Origin: Laetmonice hystrix
Lineage: Eukaryota
Reading direction: 5' to 3'
Assembly: GCA_965235115.1 (NCBI GenBank)
Contig: OZ249436.1
Coordinates: 38,814,001 to 38,878,000, forward strand
Length of the DNA stretch: 64,000 bases
Positions 30,598 to 42,182 of the stretch are shown in pieces (the stretch's first letter is position 1; every line of letters begins with the position of its first letter). The notes under the pieces were generated by a model. The model was given only the letters and a program-made list of their open reading frames with translations. It was not told where the DNA came from and did no database searches. Both the position numbers and the translations under genes were made by a program.

Positions 30598-32018
30598 CTG
30601 GCACTGTGGCAAACATCGATACATAAACTAACAATTCGCACCAATAAGAAAGCATGACAACCTTGAATAACTAAGATATCCACCACAATACCAGGTCTTG
30701 ATGTAGAATCGCACTACTTCATGAATGCCGCCATTGAATTTTCCCCACTGCCGCACCCCACCGCTCAACCAATTAGGTGGCGTGCCTTGATCAAAACGGG
30801 CCGTGACGTCACCGGGGTCAGAAAACGTGGTCATAACATAACAAGGTAGCGGCTCAGGCTCACTCGTCGACCTTATCTATAGTTAGTATTAGGCGCGCTA
30901 AAATTAGGAAACACACAAAACGAGACGCAGGGACAACTAATTGTTAGCGTGTTACCGTGTGACTCATGGCAATCGTCGAGAACAGAGACGTCCTCCCGCG
31001 CTCGGGGTTGAACCACTTCGAGCGATTCCCCCCCTCACGACAGCCAACCTTTTTTCACTGGAGAAAATATTGCAGCGTCATCTGCTTTCCACCTAACTAT
31101 CCTCCTTGCGGCCTACTTGCAGTACCGCAAGCACCAATCAGATTACAGCACTGCCTGCCCTCTGCCACACCTCACTTTTTACGAACAGGATCGGTCCTCT
31201 TACCGACGCGTTTAAATCCGTTTTTGCACAGTCGGCCGCCATTTATGGTAGGCCTATCTATAAAATTTAACGTAGCCCTACCTCTAAATCCCAAAACCGA
31301 GATTATAACAAGTGACATTCACCGTACAAGAGAAATATCTGATGACATATTAGGAACTACATTTGCGGAGGGAAATCAGCTAGAGTCGCAAGTCGGTTGG
31401 CCAATTTCGGGATGATTCAAAATACTTCGGGTGTTTCCGACTAGGTACGTCCGTTCAACAAAGCGGCTGCATATGATTTCTCAAGATTTAGATGTTTGTG
31501 TGGCATCATATTCTGACAGTGGGAGGAACAACTAACTTTGAGTTGACAGGGCTGCAAGAACACACACTATAACAATAACCTTATCCTGACCCTTTACCTT
31601 AACCCACGGGCACGGCAGAGGCCGGGACCGACAGCCAGCGCCGGCGACACCGGGCCCTATAGGTTAGATGAGACCGGGGTTACAGTTTATAGAAATCTAT
31701 CTCTACCACAAAAACTATGGCCATGGATAATCTCTAATACATGTTCCTGTGCTTCCATTTGGCCCCATAATTAACGTTGCGTCAATTCCAAAATAATAGT
31801 CCACCTTCCAAAATGTCTACTTCCTGCCCAAAATGAACCGTCCTGTACGTACAGGGTGTCTAAAAATGTCCAGGCCAAAACAGGCAACCTCAGAATCCAT
31901 GTTTCCCATAACCCTGATGCAGAATCTTCTTACATGAAAAACAGTCTTTAATTCACGAAAATCGGTCAAGCCAACCAAAAGTTATGTCATTTTTGGTGCA
32001 GCAAAGTCACACCTATAG

Positions 32019-32340
32019 GGGCATCAATAAACAGCGAACTGAACGAACTGAACGAACTGAACGAACTGAGATCGTCTAGTTATGCCTGGGGGGGATTCCC
32101 CATAGGGACTGGCTATTGACACCAACACGGAAACAGCCGACCTAAATTATTTTGGCTAATTCCGACACGAAACAGTGTGTTTGGGTTAGGGTAAAGGTTA
32201 GGCCTAGGGTTAGTGTTGGTTTAATCCAAAAATTGTTGTTAACATAGGCAATAACTTCCGGCTGTGGCGTGGTACCTGATTAATCGATCTCAGTTCGCTC
32301 AGTTCGCTCAGTTCGTTCAGTTCGCTGTTTATTGATGCCC
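32019..32340. mobile_element. MULE-like MITE with 9-bp TSD
   Basis: TIR GGGCATCAATAAACAGCGAACTGA with 9-mer subrepeats; CACCTATAG on both sides. Confidence 0.8.
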
Positions 32341-34151
32341 CACCTATAGTTCATAATCCAGATTGGAATATCTGAGAACAAGAACTGGTCGCCCAGTTTA
32401 GAATTAGTAAATAGGCACTCAATGGCCGTAGTCAATCAGTCTGCTTATTGGTGTGTAGAACTAGCGAGGGTTCGGTAGAACTAAAACTGTCATGAAATTT
32501 GTATTTCTATTTCTAGGTAGATCTATTGGTAAAAATAGGCCTATCGGTTAATACCATGGTCGCGCCCTTCCCACAGCCCCCTGTTATGCCTTGAAGGGGT
32601 CTGGGGCCCGTTTCATAACTCGTTAAGAAAATGCGTTAATTAGTACGCGCTCGTTTATATACTAGCGCGAAGTTTAACGCATTTTGCGTAACGCCGTTTC
32701 ATAACTCGTAAAATGATCGCGCGTAAAAAGATGTACGTTGGGTTCGTTAATATACGCATTCGTTATTTAACGCTGAAAAGGCCGCTTGTGCTTGCGAAAA
32801 ATATTAAATTTAGAGATCATACCAGGGCTGCGCCACCAATCACCACCTTGCGGTTCGATTGCGTACTACAAGATTTATTAGAAGATTATCAGCTTAAGTC
32901 TAGGCCCCAATCATCCCCAAAATGTTCTAGTGTGAAGAGGTGAGTAGGCCTATAATGCTTAGTAGTGCAATCTCGTATACATTTCGTCAGAGGACGCGGA
33001 TGTGAAAGGAGAGGAGCGTTCTTTCCAGAATAATATATTGTCATCAGGTTTTAGTCATGCGCCCCCAATAGTCATCTCTGAATCTGTGTTATCATAATAT
33101 CTTGATTACTGTTATTTTGTAGGGCCAACGCTTACGGGCCAACTTTTGGCGGAAGAGGATTCACAAACACAGGGGCTCACCTCCGTTGTGCCAGGTGTGG
33201 GAACCGAGGGGTGGCGATTCCCCAACTTTGTATTGGCGGGAATAACATTGTTTCGCCCCAATCTAATTAAAATTAGTTATTGGTATTCCGCGTCTATATC
33301 GGTTGTGCCAGTGCTGTCTCCGCTGGAACACATGCGATATAACTAAGATCTAATTTTAATTAGATTGAGTTTCGCCCCCTCCCTATTATTTGCCAGTTAT
33401 ATTTTAATTACAGAGATATGCCACTGCCAGGAGACCAAAAATGGATTCCAAGCATCACAATATTATGATGTCCTATTCAGTGGCAGCAGTAAGGAGACAA
33501 AGTTTACTTGATGCATATTTGATGAAGGCACTGCAGTGATGCGGGGGGGGGGGGGGTCCAGGATTTTGTAACGGGGGATTCAGAGGTAAAATTTGCTAAG
33601 GGAGAGGGGTCAGCACGGTCAATTCAGATGTTCTACCGGGGAAAAAGAGACATTGGTGGCCAAGGGGAGTTTGAAACCCCGACCCCCCCCCCCCCCGGCG
33701 CTTTGCCGGGCCGCGAAATCTTTTATCCCACATTAGTTCTGGACCCCCATTATCATACAGCCAATCAGAAACAGGCACACATACACTGTTAGAAAATTAT
33801 TTGGTAAAATAACAGAAAAGTGCCTGCAGCAGAGTCCCCATCACTTTCTGTATTTTTACAGTTGAAGTTAAAAATAAAGAAATCTGTGAACAGAAGTTAC
33901 AATTTCATTGTTATTAAATAGTACTGAATTTTATCACAATTACAGATCATCTGTATTTAAACAAGTAATCTGTATTATGCTATGTACAGAAAGATTTGTA
34001 TTTTGCATTTACAACTCCCTGTAAAACCACAGAACTGCTGGGGACTCTGCTGCAGGCACTTTCTATAAAACTACAGCTGTACCATTTCAGCATAAAATCG
34101 ACTCAACTACCATATACTGTATTTTAAAAGTATTATTTATTAAAAAACAAC

Positions 34152-34578
34152 AAAATCACTTGGCAACAATAATATTGCCTAGATACATGTACTGTGTACA
34201 TGTATTTAAACCAGGTACGTTGGCTAGCAAAGGCCGCAAAATCACTTGGCAACAATAATATTGCCTAGATACATATACTGTGTACATGTATTTAAACCAG
34301 GTACGTTGGCTAGCAAAGGCCACAAAATCACTTGGCAACAATAATATTGCCTAGATACATATACTGTGTACATGTATTTAAACCAGGTACGTTGGCTAGC
34401 AAAGGCCACAAAATCACTTGGCAACAATAATATTGCCTAGATACATATACTGTGTACATGTATTTAAACCAGGTACGTTGGCTAGCAAAGGCCACAAAAT
34501 CACTTGGCAACAATAATATTGCCTATACATATACTGTGTACATACGGGTATATTTAAACCAGGTATGTTGGCTAGCAA
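34152..34578. repeat. Tandem repeat, about 5 x 86 bp, inside the EnSpm-like element
   Basis: Unit AAAATCACTTGGCAACAATAATATTGCC...GCTAGCAAAGGCCAC; accounts for the three near-identical ORF-track entries. Confidence 0.9.
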
Positions 34579-35248
34579 GGGCAATATCTGGGCCAGTTTG
34601 AGGGTATTAAATCTGATGAATCTTCAATGAGAACTAAGGAAAACTACAACGATGTTTCAAGATGAACACTGAATTTTTAAAATCGGACCAAAAATGCAAG
34701 TTTTACCAAAACATTTAGATTGAAATACTGATTTAGAAATTATCGGAAGCTAGCATCACATAATTACATCCAAGAATAACTCTGCCTAGAGGCAAATACA
34801 GAAAAGAACAATTAAAGTGCTAACCCTGTCACAGTAAAAACAGAATATTTTGGAGGTCTTCATGCATAACACCTTGCTGTTGGACTGGTGAAAGCGAGAA
34901 GATATCTACAAGCACCCTAGTCACCTATTGAAAGAGGCTTTGAAACATGACAGGTACTCCTGAATGAGAATTAAGGAGAACTACAACGATGTTCCAAGAT
35001 GCACATTAAACTTTTAAAATCAGACCAAAAATGCAAGTTTTACAAGAATTTTTAGATTGAAATACTGATTTTTAAATGATCGGAAGTTAGCATCACAGAA
35101 ATACATCCAAGAATAACTCAGAGGCAAATACAGAAAGAACAATCAATAACCCTGTAACAGTGAAAAAAACAGAGACACTTATATTGTGTTAAAATGAGTA
35201 GAGAAAATAAAACTTTTTAAGCCTAGATTCTCTGTCGGTGCCTATCAT

Positions 35249-36348
35249 CTAGCTTTCACCATTCCAGTCAGACTCGAACTCCATTATTCGCTGAAGAAGC
35301 ATCACTATCCTTGGTGCCACTGCCGTTTTTCTTTTCTTCTTGCTGCTCTTCATGGCCGTACACTCACTGTCCGGGTTAATGCTAAGCAGTTCCCTGGAAA
35401 TTTGAGGGTAACAATTTCATCTTAGGTAGAGTTCAATACAATCTACACACATGAAAATGCAGCAAAATTATATAAAAAAAAACTGGTTGCAAGAAATTTA
35501 AAATATCATTTGGAATAAAAGCTTTATACAATTTTGTATATACTCAAAAAATTCCATCGGGTTTACTTTAAGAATCAGGAAAGGCCCATTTGGGGAATTG
35601 CTATCAATCCGATAACTGAGTTGTGATGTCACAAGTGCTGAATGAATATTCATTCACACAGGTCAACTGTAGGGACCTGATAATTTTGTCACCTTGTTGC
35701 AAAGTCACTGTGCAATCCACTATAATGATGGCCATAGAGCAGTTATTGTATGTGGATTGCACAACATTTGGTTTTATAATACTGTCACAAATGATCAGGA
35801 CCATTCATTTTACCTGTATTTCCTTGAGCACTTGTGACATCACAACTCGGCTCAATGGCCTCAAATCACCTTTTCCCGAATCTTAAACCTGATGAATTTT
35901 TTTGAGTGAACAAAATTGTCTATGCTTTTATTCCAAATGATGTTCTAAATTTTGTGCAACCAGTTGCATTGCATGAGTATCCCTTAAAAACAAAGAAATT
36001 ACTTGGAAATAGGGATTCCCAAACTTTACATGTACATGTAAATTAGGAAAGAAATCTGAAGATTGTCATTATGGGCATGCCTATAGTTGTATCTAATTCA
36101 AAGGGGCACATTTACATGTTAGAACAGCAAACATTATTTCAAATTATCAAGCCTCGAATTTGAAGATTACCTTTGGATAAACTCCAGTGTCACCTCTGCG
36201 CCTGGTGGGTACTCTATAGATAGAGTGTAGTAAGACGTGAACAGGCTTATGACAGCCTCTCGGAAGGTGCGTATTTTGTCATTTACCACTTCCCCTTCAA
36301 TGACTAAGTAGAACATATGTTGACCATGGAATATGTCTTCTCGCCTCC
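35249..36348 (-). pseudogene. Last two exons of an EnSpm accessory ORF (SAMD3-like C-terminus)
   Basis: Exons 36348-36171 and 35393-35249 join by GT-AG in phase 2 to give ...FREAVISLFTSYYTLSIEYPPGAEVTLEFIQRELLSINPDSECTAMKSSKKKRKTAVAPRIVMLLQRIMEFESDWNGES*. The YY-YP-TLEFIQR-INP pattern is recalled from animal EnSpm second ORFs. Confidence 0.6.
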
Positions 36349-36578
36349 CTGAAATAAAGGACATACAATTATTACGGCAGGTTAAAGCATTTAAGTGAAT
36401 GTGTGTTTCTGTCAGAATTCTGAATCTTCTGAAACACTAGAGGTCAGTCAACGAGGCTTCCCAATATGGCCGGAATATAGACCTGTGGTATCTATCTCTA
36501 CTCTCAACCATCGAACCCATATCCATCCCGGGCTGACATCCGGAAAAGTAGAGGACATGACAGCAACTAAAACATTTT

Positions 36579-37058
36579 TCAACAATCTGTCACTAAAGCT
36601 TCTGCCAAACAAATATTTGTCTCACAACAGGCTATGCTGTTTAAAACTACATGTGTACAAGCAAAGGACAACAAGCTAACAGTAGCACAGCCTAAAGTCA
36701 TTTGAAGGAAGTCATGAAACTCACCCAGGATTGCAATAAAATCAGTGAACTGGTCACAAACCTTTTGACAGTGAGAACAGGTTAAATTCACTGTATGATC
36801 TACCTGCCTAACCTGACCATGCTGACTGGGACTGCCACCTGATGCATCCTCAGTGCTCTTAGACTTGTGTAAATGCCTAATATTGTGGTGATCTCGAGAC
36901 AGATGAGTATTAAAGCTTTCGTAAATCCTAAATACCCTGTCACATCCAGGTATGCCACATGGAAATTCGACCTTATTGCTATACCTATGAATAGCATAGT
37001 GGTGTGAATAATTTTTCGGTGAATTTGAACGGTAATGACAATGATGACACTTGTACAT
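36579..37058 (-). pseudogene. C2H2 zinc-finger N-terminal remnant of an EnSpm-like transposase
   Basis: YKCHHC...HYAIH, FPCGIPGCDRVF...HLSRDH and a partial third finger CSHC; no catalytic core follows. Confidence 0.6.
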
Positions 37059-38135
37059 GGTAGTAACACTAACAGTGACAGTCAGTACAAGTATACCTAC
37101 AACTCACCCAGCCTAAGGCCAATGCTGAAGACAAGGCGGGTTCTAAACCAGTTTCTGGGGTTCCAATTCGGGTAAACCTGCAAAAAAAAGGAAAGCTGTC
37201 ACCAAGTGTAAAAGGTGTAAGATTATATGTCTTACAACAAGCAAAACTAAAGTCCTAACCCTGAAAACAATGGCGGCCTACTCCCTTGGCCTGACATTGT
37301 TACACACATTGAGAGACTGACCTTATGGCTTATATTATAATTTTATTGTGACAGGCACGTTACACTTTACAGAATAATAACTAAAATTGCTGAATGATAA
37401 TCACCATGCACTGATCACTGAATTATTTAACTAAAGTTACACCCAATCCGTCGGTAAACTTTTAGAATCAATTGAAGAAAAATTAAAATTATCTGTCGCG
37501 TATGAACAGAATCAACAGACTGGACAGTGAAACTGCCATGAACAGCATGTTGTTACCCCAGGAGCAGTCCTGTGCAACGTTAAATCGTTAAAACGTTAAA
37601 TCGCACAAGAGCACGAACAGTAGATCTAGTCAGTAGGCGACAGCCACAGCCCTTAGTACCGTTTCCTACTATTGAACCAGAGTTGCCACTCGCACTTTGT
37701 CTTTGAAAAAAAAGGGGAAAATGAAAATCTACATTTCTGCCAACAATGGCCTTTTCCTCGTCCCATAAACCTATTGAGGATTATAAGTCCTTCTAATGTG
37801 TTGCCACCCTGAATCCTGGGGTTTACCTTTAATACCAATAACACCTGTACAGGTGATCACCCGAACACTTGAAATAGGGACTAACCTCGGCTCTGGGCAT
37901 AACAGTTATCCGGCAGAGGCAGACGGCGGGGGGGGGGGGGGGGGGGGGGCTTCTCTACATTCGGGAACCCTCGGGGATATGACGTCATGTGGTCCAAAAC
38001 TAAAAAAGACACACACCTTATTTCAAAAAGAGACCCCTCAAAACATAACTACAACAGGCTCAGGCTAAATAAATGTCGGCTAGGGTACCGAACCATTCCG
38101 CAATAGCGAGAATTGGGGTCCCTCAAGTCAAGAGT

Positions 38136-38545
38136 GGTGTCTGGACGTTTCGAGCGCGAACCAGTTCGAGCGCCGGCCACTTCGAGTGCCGACGCCGACC
38201 ACTTCGAGCGCGACTATTTCACAACTCGGCCTGTATTTCACAAGTTCCGTTCTCAGAAGTCAGCAAGAATTGTATCCCTATCTTTCGTATGATGATATTA
38301 CTAGTGGCTATTAGTCATATTGCGACAGTGACAGTGTCCTCCCTACGGCCCGCTCGAACGGGGCCGCGCTCAACTGGCCGCGCTCAGCGGTCTCGATCGA
38401 AATCTACCCCCGACGAGCGGGCGTAGCACGCGGGCGGCTCCGCCGACGGAGGCCCGCTCAACTGGTCGGTGCTCAAACTGGTTCGCGCTCGAACTGGCAA
38501 TGGAGCGGCGCTCGAACTGGTCCGCGCTCGAAACGTCCTGGGACC
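38136..38545. mobile_element. GC-rich MITE with 8-bp TSD, nested in the EnSpm-like element
   Basis: TCAAGAGT duplicated; TIR GG...GGACGTTTCGAGCGCG; internal cgctcgaac repeats. Confidence 0.8.
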
Positions 38546-40593
38546 TCAAGAGTCAAGTGCCCGCTTTGGGCTCACGTTGCCGTTGGGCTTAGCCCGGCAG
38601 TCCATGGATGGGCCGGGCTGAGGGCTCTGCACGCGCGGGCGTGAGTAGCCTATGCGGTCTCACGCCGCCAGTGCGGACAGTCACAGCGAGGTTAAATAAT
38701 CATCGAATCCTGTAGGCCCCTACTTTCAAAATGCCCCTTTTGATTTCGTGAAAAAAAGCAGATTTTCCAACGATTTAATCAGATTAACTTGAAAAAACTC
38801 ACCTTAGCTCAGAATCCAACATGGGCGCCGGGAGCTATCGGAAGTGCCTACTGCGCATGCACAAAACGATAACTTGCCATGGGTTGCTGTAAAAAAAACA
38901 ACTTTTATCGCAATCTGCCTGTAATGTATAGATTAAATTACGAAAACTAAGGCGTTTTGTGTAAATTTACAGAACTTCTCTGTAGAAGAACTGTGATTCC
39001 GCTTTTAAAACCAAATATACTGTAAAACTAAAGGAAATTCCCAGTTGTTATGATTTACAGAATAATTCTGTACAAAATATTCTGTAAAATCTACTGTTTT
39101 TTCTAACAGTGTATGGCTATGGAATACCGGCGACGACATGCGAGATGCGAGACAGTATTTTTCTTTTGAAATGCACGGGCATCAGGGGTAACCCAATTAC
39201 TTTGACAATGTCCCTAAAGAGAAAAGTTGTATAGTCCTCTACAGGAATCGAACCCAGGCCCTAAGATTACTGCACCCATTCGCATAGCATAAGGTGTCGA
39301 CATCCATGCCCAGTGTTTGGGTTAGGGTAAAGGTTAGGCCTAGGATTAGTGTTAGTTTTCATAGCCCAAAATTATTGTTAAATAGGCACTAATTGATGAG
39401 CAGTGGATCTTAATGTGGGTGTCAATAAGAAACATTCACTGACACTGTTCGGTCCCATATCGCGAGCGATAGAGTCTGGCGTTCACTGATTGGCTGTATG
39501 CCAATGAAGCTAGAATGGGGGTCCGGAACTAATGTGGGGAAAAAAAATTCGCTGCCGGGCCATGCCTCAGTCTCCCTCCCCCCTCCAATGAAAATATGGT
39601 TCCCACGCCTATGGTCCCTATCCTAAAAGGAAACGAACCAAGCGTTGCTAAAATTTAAATACAATATATGTGTTGGTGACACGAACTGTATGTAGTGTGT
39701 TCATTGCAAGAAAATATATTATCTAAATGTTTGAATGATAGGTTCTCTGGTATAAAAACCGCGATGATTCATTGCCTGTCCCCTGTCTCCTTGTTGAGCC
39801 TCTGCTAAATGACGGCTAGATAGAGAGGAGGAGGCATGTATAATTATTGGTATCCCGCGATTAATTGCACTATTGTGAAGACATGTTATTGCCAATACAA
39901 TCCTATACTAGATGTCCCCGGGTCACTTGGTACCTCCACTGCCATCAAGACATCTGTGAATAATGAGAAATATTTCCGGGGGGCCAGGGGAGCATTGCCC
40001 CCCCCCCCCACTTTGAAATGAAGGGGGGCCAGAGTATCTATTGGCCCCCCACTTTTCCCCTCCCCTTTACTTTTGCCATTGAAAGTCTATGGGGGGAGGG
40101 TATTTTCTCACATTTCAGACCTTATTTTGTGCTCTAAGATGCACCAAATGTCACCAAATTACACTATAAATTTCAAACTTTTTCGGGGGAGCATGCCCCG
40201 GGACCCCCTAGCTGCGCTTCGCCCCTTCGGCGCTCGCCCAGTCCCCCCGCCGAACTGTAATCCCCCTCGAAAAAACCTGCACATGGCCCTGTTGGTCCCC
40301 CACTTTTAAAGTGCTTCCTACGCCCCTGTTGTTGATGTGCTCAGTGTAAATAATGTGTTAATTAACGATACTATCGTTAATTAGCGATAAATCAGTTAGC
40401 GAAGACTTAATCCGCACCTTTTTCATCCGCGCTAAAAAAATCCATTTAACGCGGAAATAACGCAAAATTTCGCAAGTAAACGCCCGCTTTACTAGTTATG
40501 CAACGGTTTAACGCGTTTTTCGTCGATTAACCGCGTTTTAGACCTTAGCGAGCGCACCAACTTAGTTATGAAACGGGCCCCTGGATAATAAAC

Positions 40594-41835
40594 CTAATAA
40601 CTTCGATTATTCTTCTTCACCCGAGTTGAACGGAGGGCCAATCCTGTCTCCTGTGTGCCTGAAAATGGAGCCGGTTGCACTCTGAAGCGACGACAGCGCC
40701 ACCCGTTCACCATCTGGAGAAGATTTCTCCGGAACCCCTTGCTACACAGGATGTACAGGAAGGAGTTGATGCCGTAATTGAGCTGTTCCATTAATTGTGT
40801 CACCTCGCGAAAAACGGCGATGCTGGTACCCTTTTCCTCAAAGATGTTTCTGCCCAGGGCGAAGAAAATCAGATGAGCGAGACCAATCGGCAGGACTAAA
40901 ATAACGAAAAAAGCAGCAATGCTGAGCAACATAACAGTTGTCTTGGCCTTGTCGTTGAACTGATTTGTTGTCGAAATAACTGCTTGATTCTGTCGCGCTT
41001 TAATGAACCGCCAGAGCTTCGTGGCGGTGAGGATGTTGAGCAGGACCATTATAACAGCAGGGATGAAGGCATACACAGAGACACCTATAGCAAGCAACTG
41101 GCCAGACAGCCTCTCCAGGCCTGCCGGCCGGGTATTGGGTATACATATACCCTGAACAATACGATCTACGATCGAACACCACCAGCCCACGTAGGCTCCG
41201 ACGAGCCCAACGATGGCAACAATGCAAAGTCGAGCGGCCTTTCTGGTACAAATGCGCTTGGCATGTAGATGGAACCATACTGCTATAAATCGCTCTACTG
41301 TGATTGTCACCACAAGCCAGGAAGAAGTCATCTTAGACACTCGAAATGCCCAGAAGAATAACTTACAACCGCCCTGACTGAGCGCTCGAATATCGTAGCC
41401 AAGCATCTGTCGCACGAACGGCTTGTTGAAGGGGATCATCACGGTAGCGACGGTGTCGCATATTGACAGGGCGACGAAGACATCACTGACTGGCATGGTA
41501 GAAAACGGCTTATGTAACATCACAACAACTGTCGACAAATTACCTCCAATTCCGATCAGCAGCAAAAGAGGCGTCATGATATAATTCAGAATGCCCTTTG
41601 TCGGCGTCCCTTTGGCCGTGTTATTGCTTGCAATAATACGCCCAGTCGAATTGTGGTAGGTGGTCGTATTTTCGGAGTTGCCAGGTAAAGTTGTCAATTC
41701 GGCGGGGGACTGTGGCTGATCGTAACTTGTTACCGTGCCATCTCTGGTTTTATTTCCCGGGTCCGCACTTATAGGTACTTCTGGTAACATATTACTTGAG
41801 GCCACCAAACTTGGCATTGCCGAGAAGATGCTCAT
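40594..41835 (-). CDS. Class A (rhodopsin-like) GPCR, 413 aa, probable peptide receptor (FMRFamide/sex-peptide/TRH-receptor-like group); single coding exon
   Basis: Seven hydrophobic segments; GN in TM1, LSICD in TM2, conserved TM3 Cys, ERFIAV (DRY equivalent), P in TM5 and TM6, NYGINSFLY (NPxxY variant); N-terminal N-glycosylation sequons. A splice acceptor (ttcttcttAG) 34 nt before the ATG implies an upstream UTR exon. Confidence 0.93.
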   Translation of the reverse strand: MSIFSAMPSLVASSNMLPEVPISADPGNKTRDGTVTSYDQPQSPAELTTLPGNSENTTTYHNSTGRIIASNNTAKGTPTKGILNYIMTPLLLLIGIGGNLSTVVVMLHKPFSTMPVSDVFVALSICDTVATVMIPFNKPFVRQMLGYDIRALSQGGCKLFFWAFRVSKMTSSWLVVTITVERFIAVWFHLHAKRICTRKAARLCIVAIVGLVGAYVGWWCSIVDRIVQGICIPNTRPAGLERLSGQLLAIGVSVYAFIPAVIMVLLNILTATKLWRFIKARQNQAVISTTNQFNDKAKTTVMLLSIAAFFVILVLPIGLAHLIFFALGRNIFEEKGTSIAVFREVTQLMEQLNYGINSFLYILCSKGFRRNLLQMVNGWRCRRFRVQPAPFSGTQETGLALRSTRVKKNNRSY

Positions 41836-42182
41836 TATCGTGGCAAAACACGACAGTCTTCTGCCGCATCTAAGAAGAATACAGAGACAATACTGTGGTA
41901 ATAAACATTAGATAAAAAAAGATAATAATATCATTATGCCGAATAGCCATGATTATATACATATAATGGGGTTATTACATACATTTGTGTGTATTCTTCA
42001 ACACAGAATGATTGCCGATATATATATATATATATCCTAACATGTCTCGGATATTTATTTCTAAGATCAGCAGACCCAGCCGGTCAGACTCTGGCCAAAC
42101 ATCAAAGTTATATAACGGCATCTTAGAACATTTCAAGTTTTTTAAAGATTTTTTGTTTGTTGACAGATTGCTAAAAGGGTAA

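Larger units (their letters stand above)
33784..39111 (-). mobile_element. CACTA/EnSpm-like transposon, internally deleted
   Basis: TA|CACTGTTAGAAAA...TTTTCTAACAGTG|TA; subterminal tacag/ctgta repeats; coding remnants on the - strand. Confidence 0.85.
33713..39552. mobile_element. MULE-like element with 9-bp TSD, nested in Harbinger-like copy 1
   Basis: TGCCGGGCC duplicated at 33704-33712 and 39553-39561; imperfect TIRs of about 55-65 bp; the empty site is visible in copy 2 near 50249. Confidence 0.8.
32604..40580. mobile_element. PIF/Harbinger-like non-autonomous element, copy 1, expanded to 8 kb by nested insertions
   Basis: TIR GGGCCCGTTTCATAACT...AGTTATGAAACGGGCCC with TSD CTG; backbone closely matches 49112-52126. 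Confidence 0.85.

Noticed and set aside
32713..32943. Repeated ORF MIARK... (also at 49221)
   Set aside because: Subterminal sequence of the Harbinger-like element with no transposase motifs.
34156..34513. Three near-identical 61-aa ORFs
   Set aside because: Artefact of the 86-bp tandem repeat.
39235..39300. tRNA gene (reverse B-box GGTTCGATTCC)
   Set aside because: No convincing cloverleaf or A-box; at most a SINE-like remnant inside a TE.
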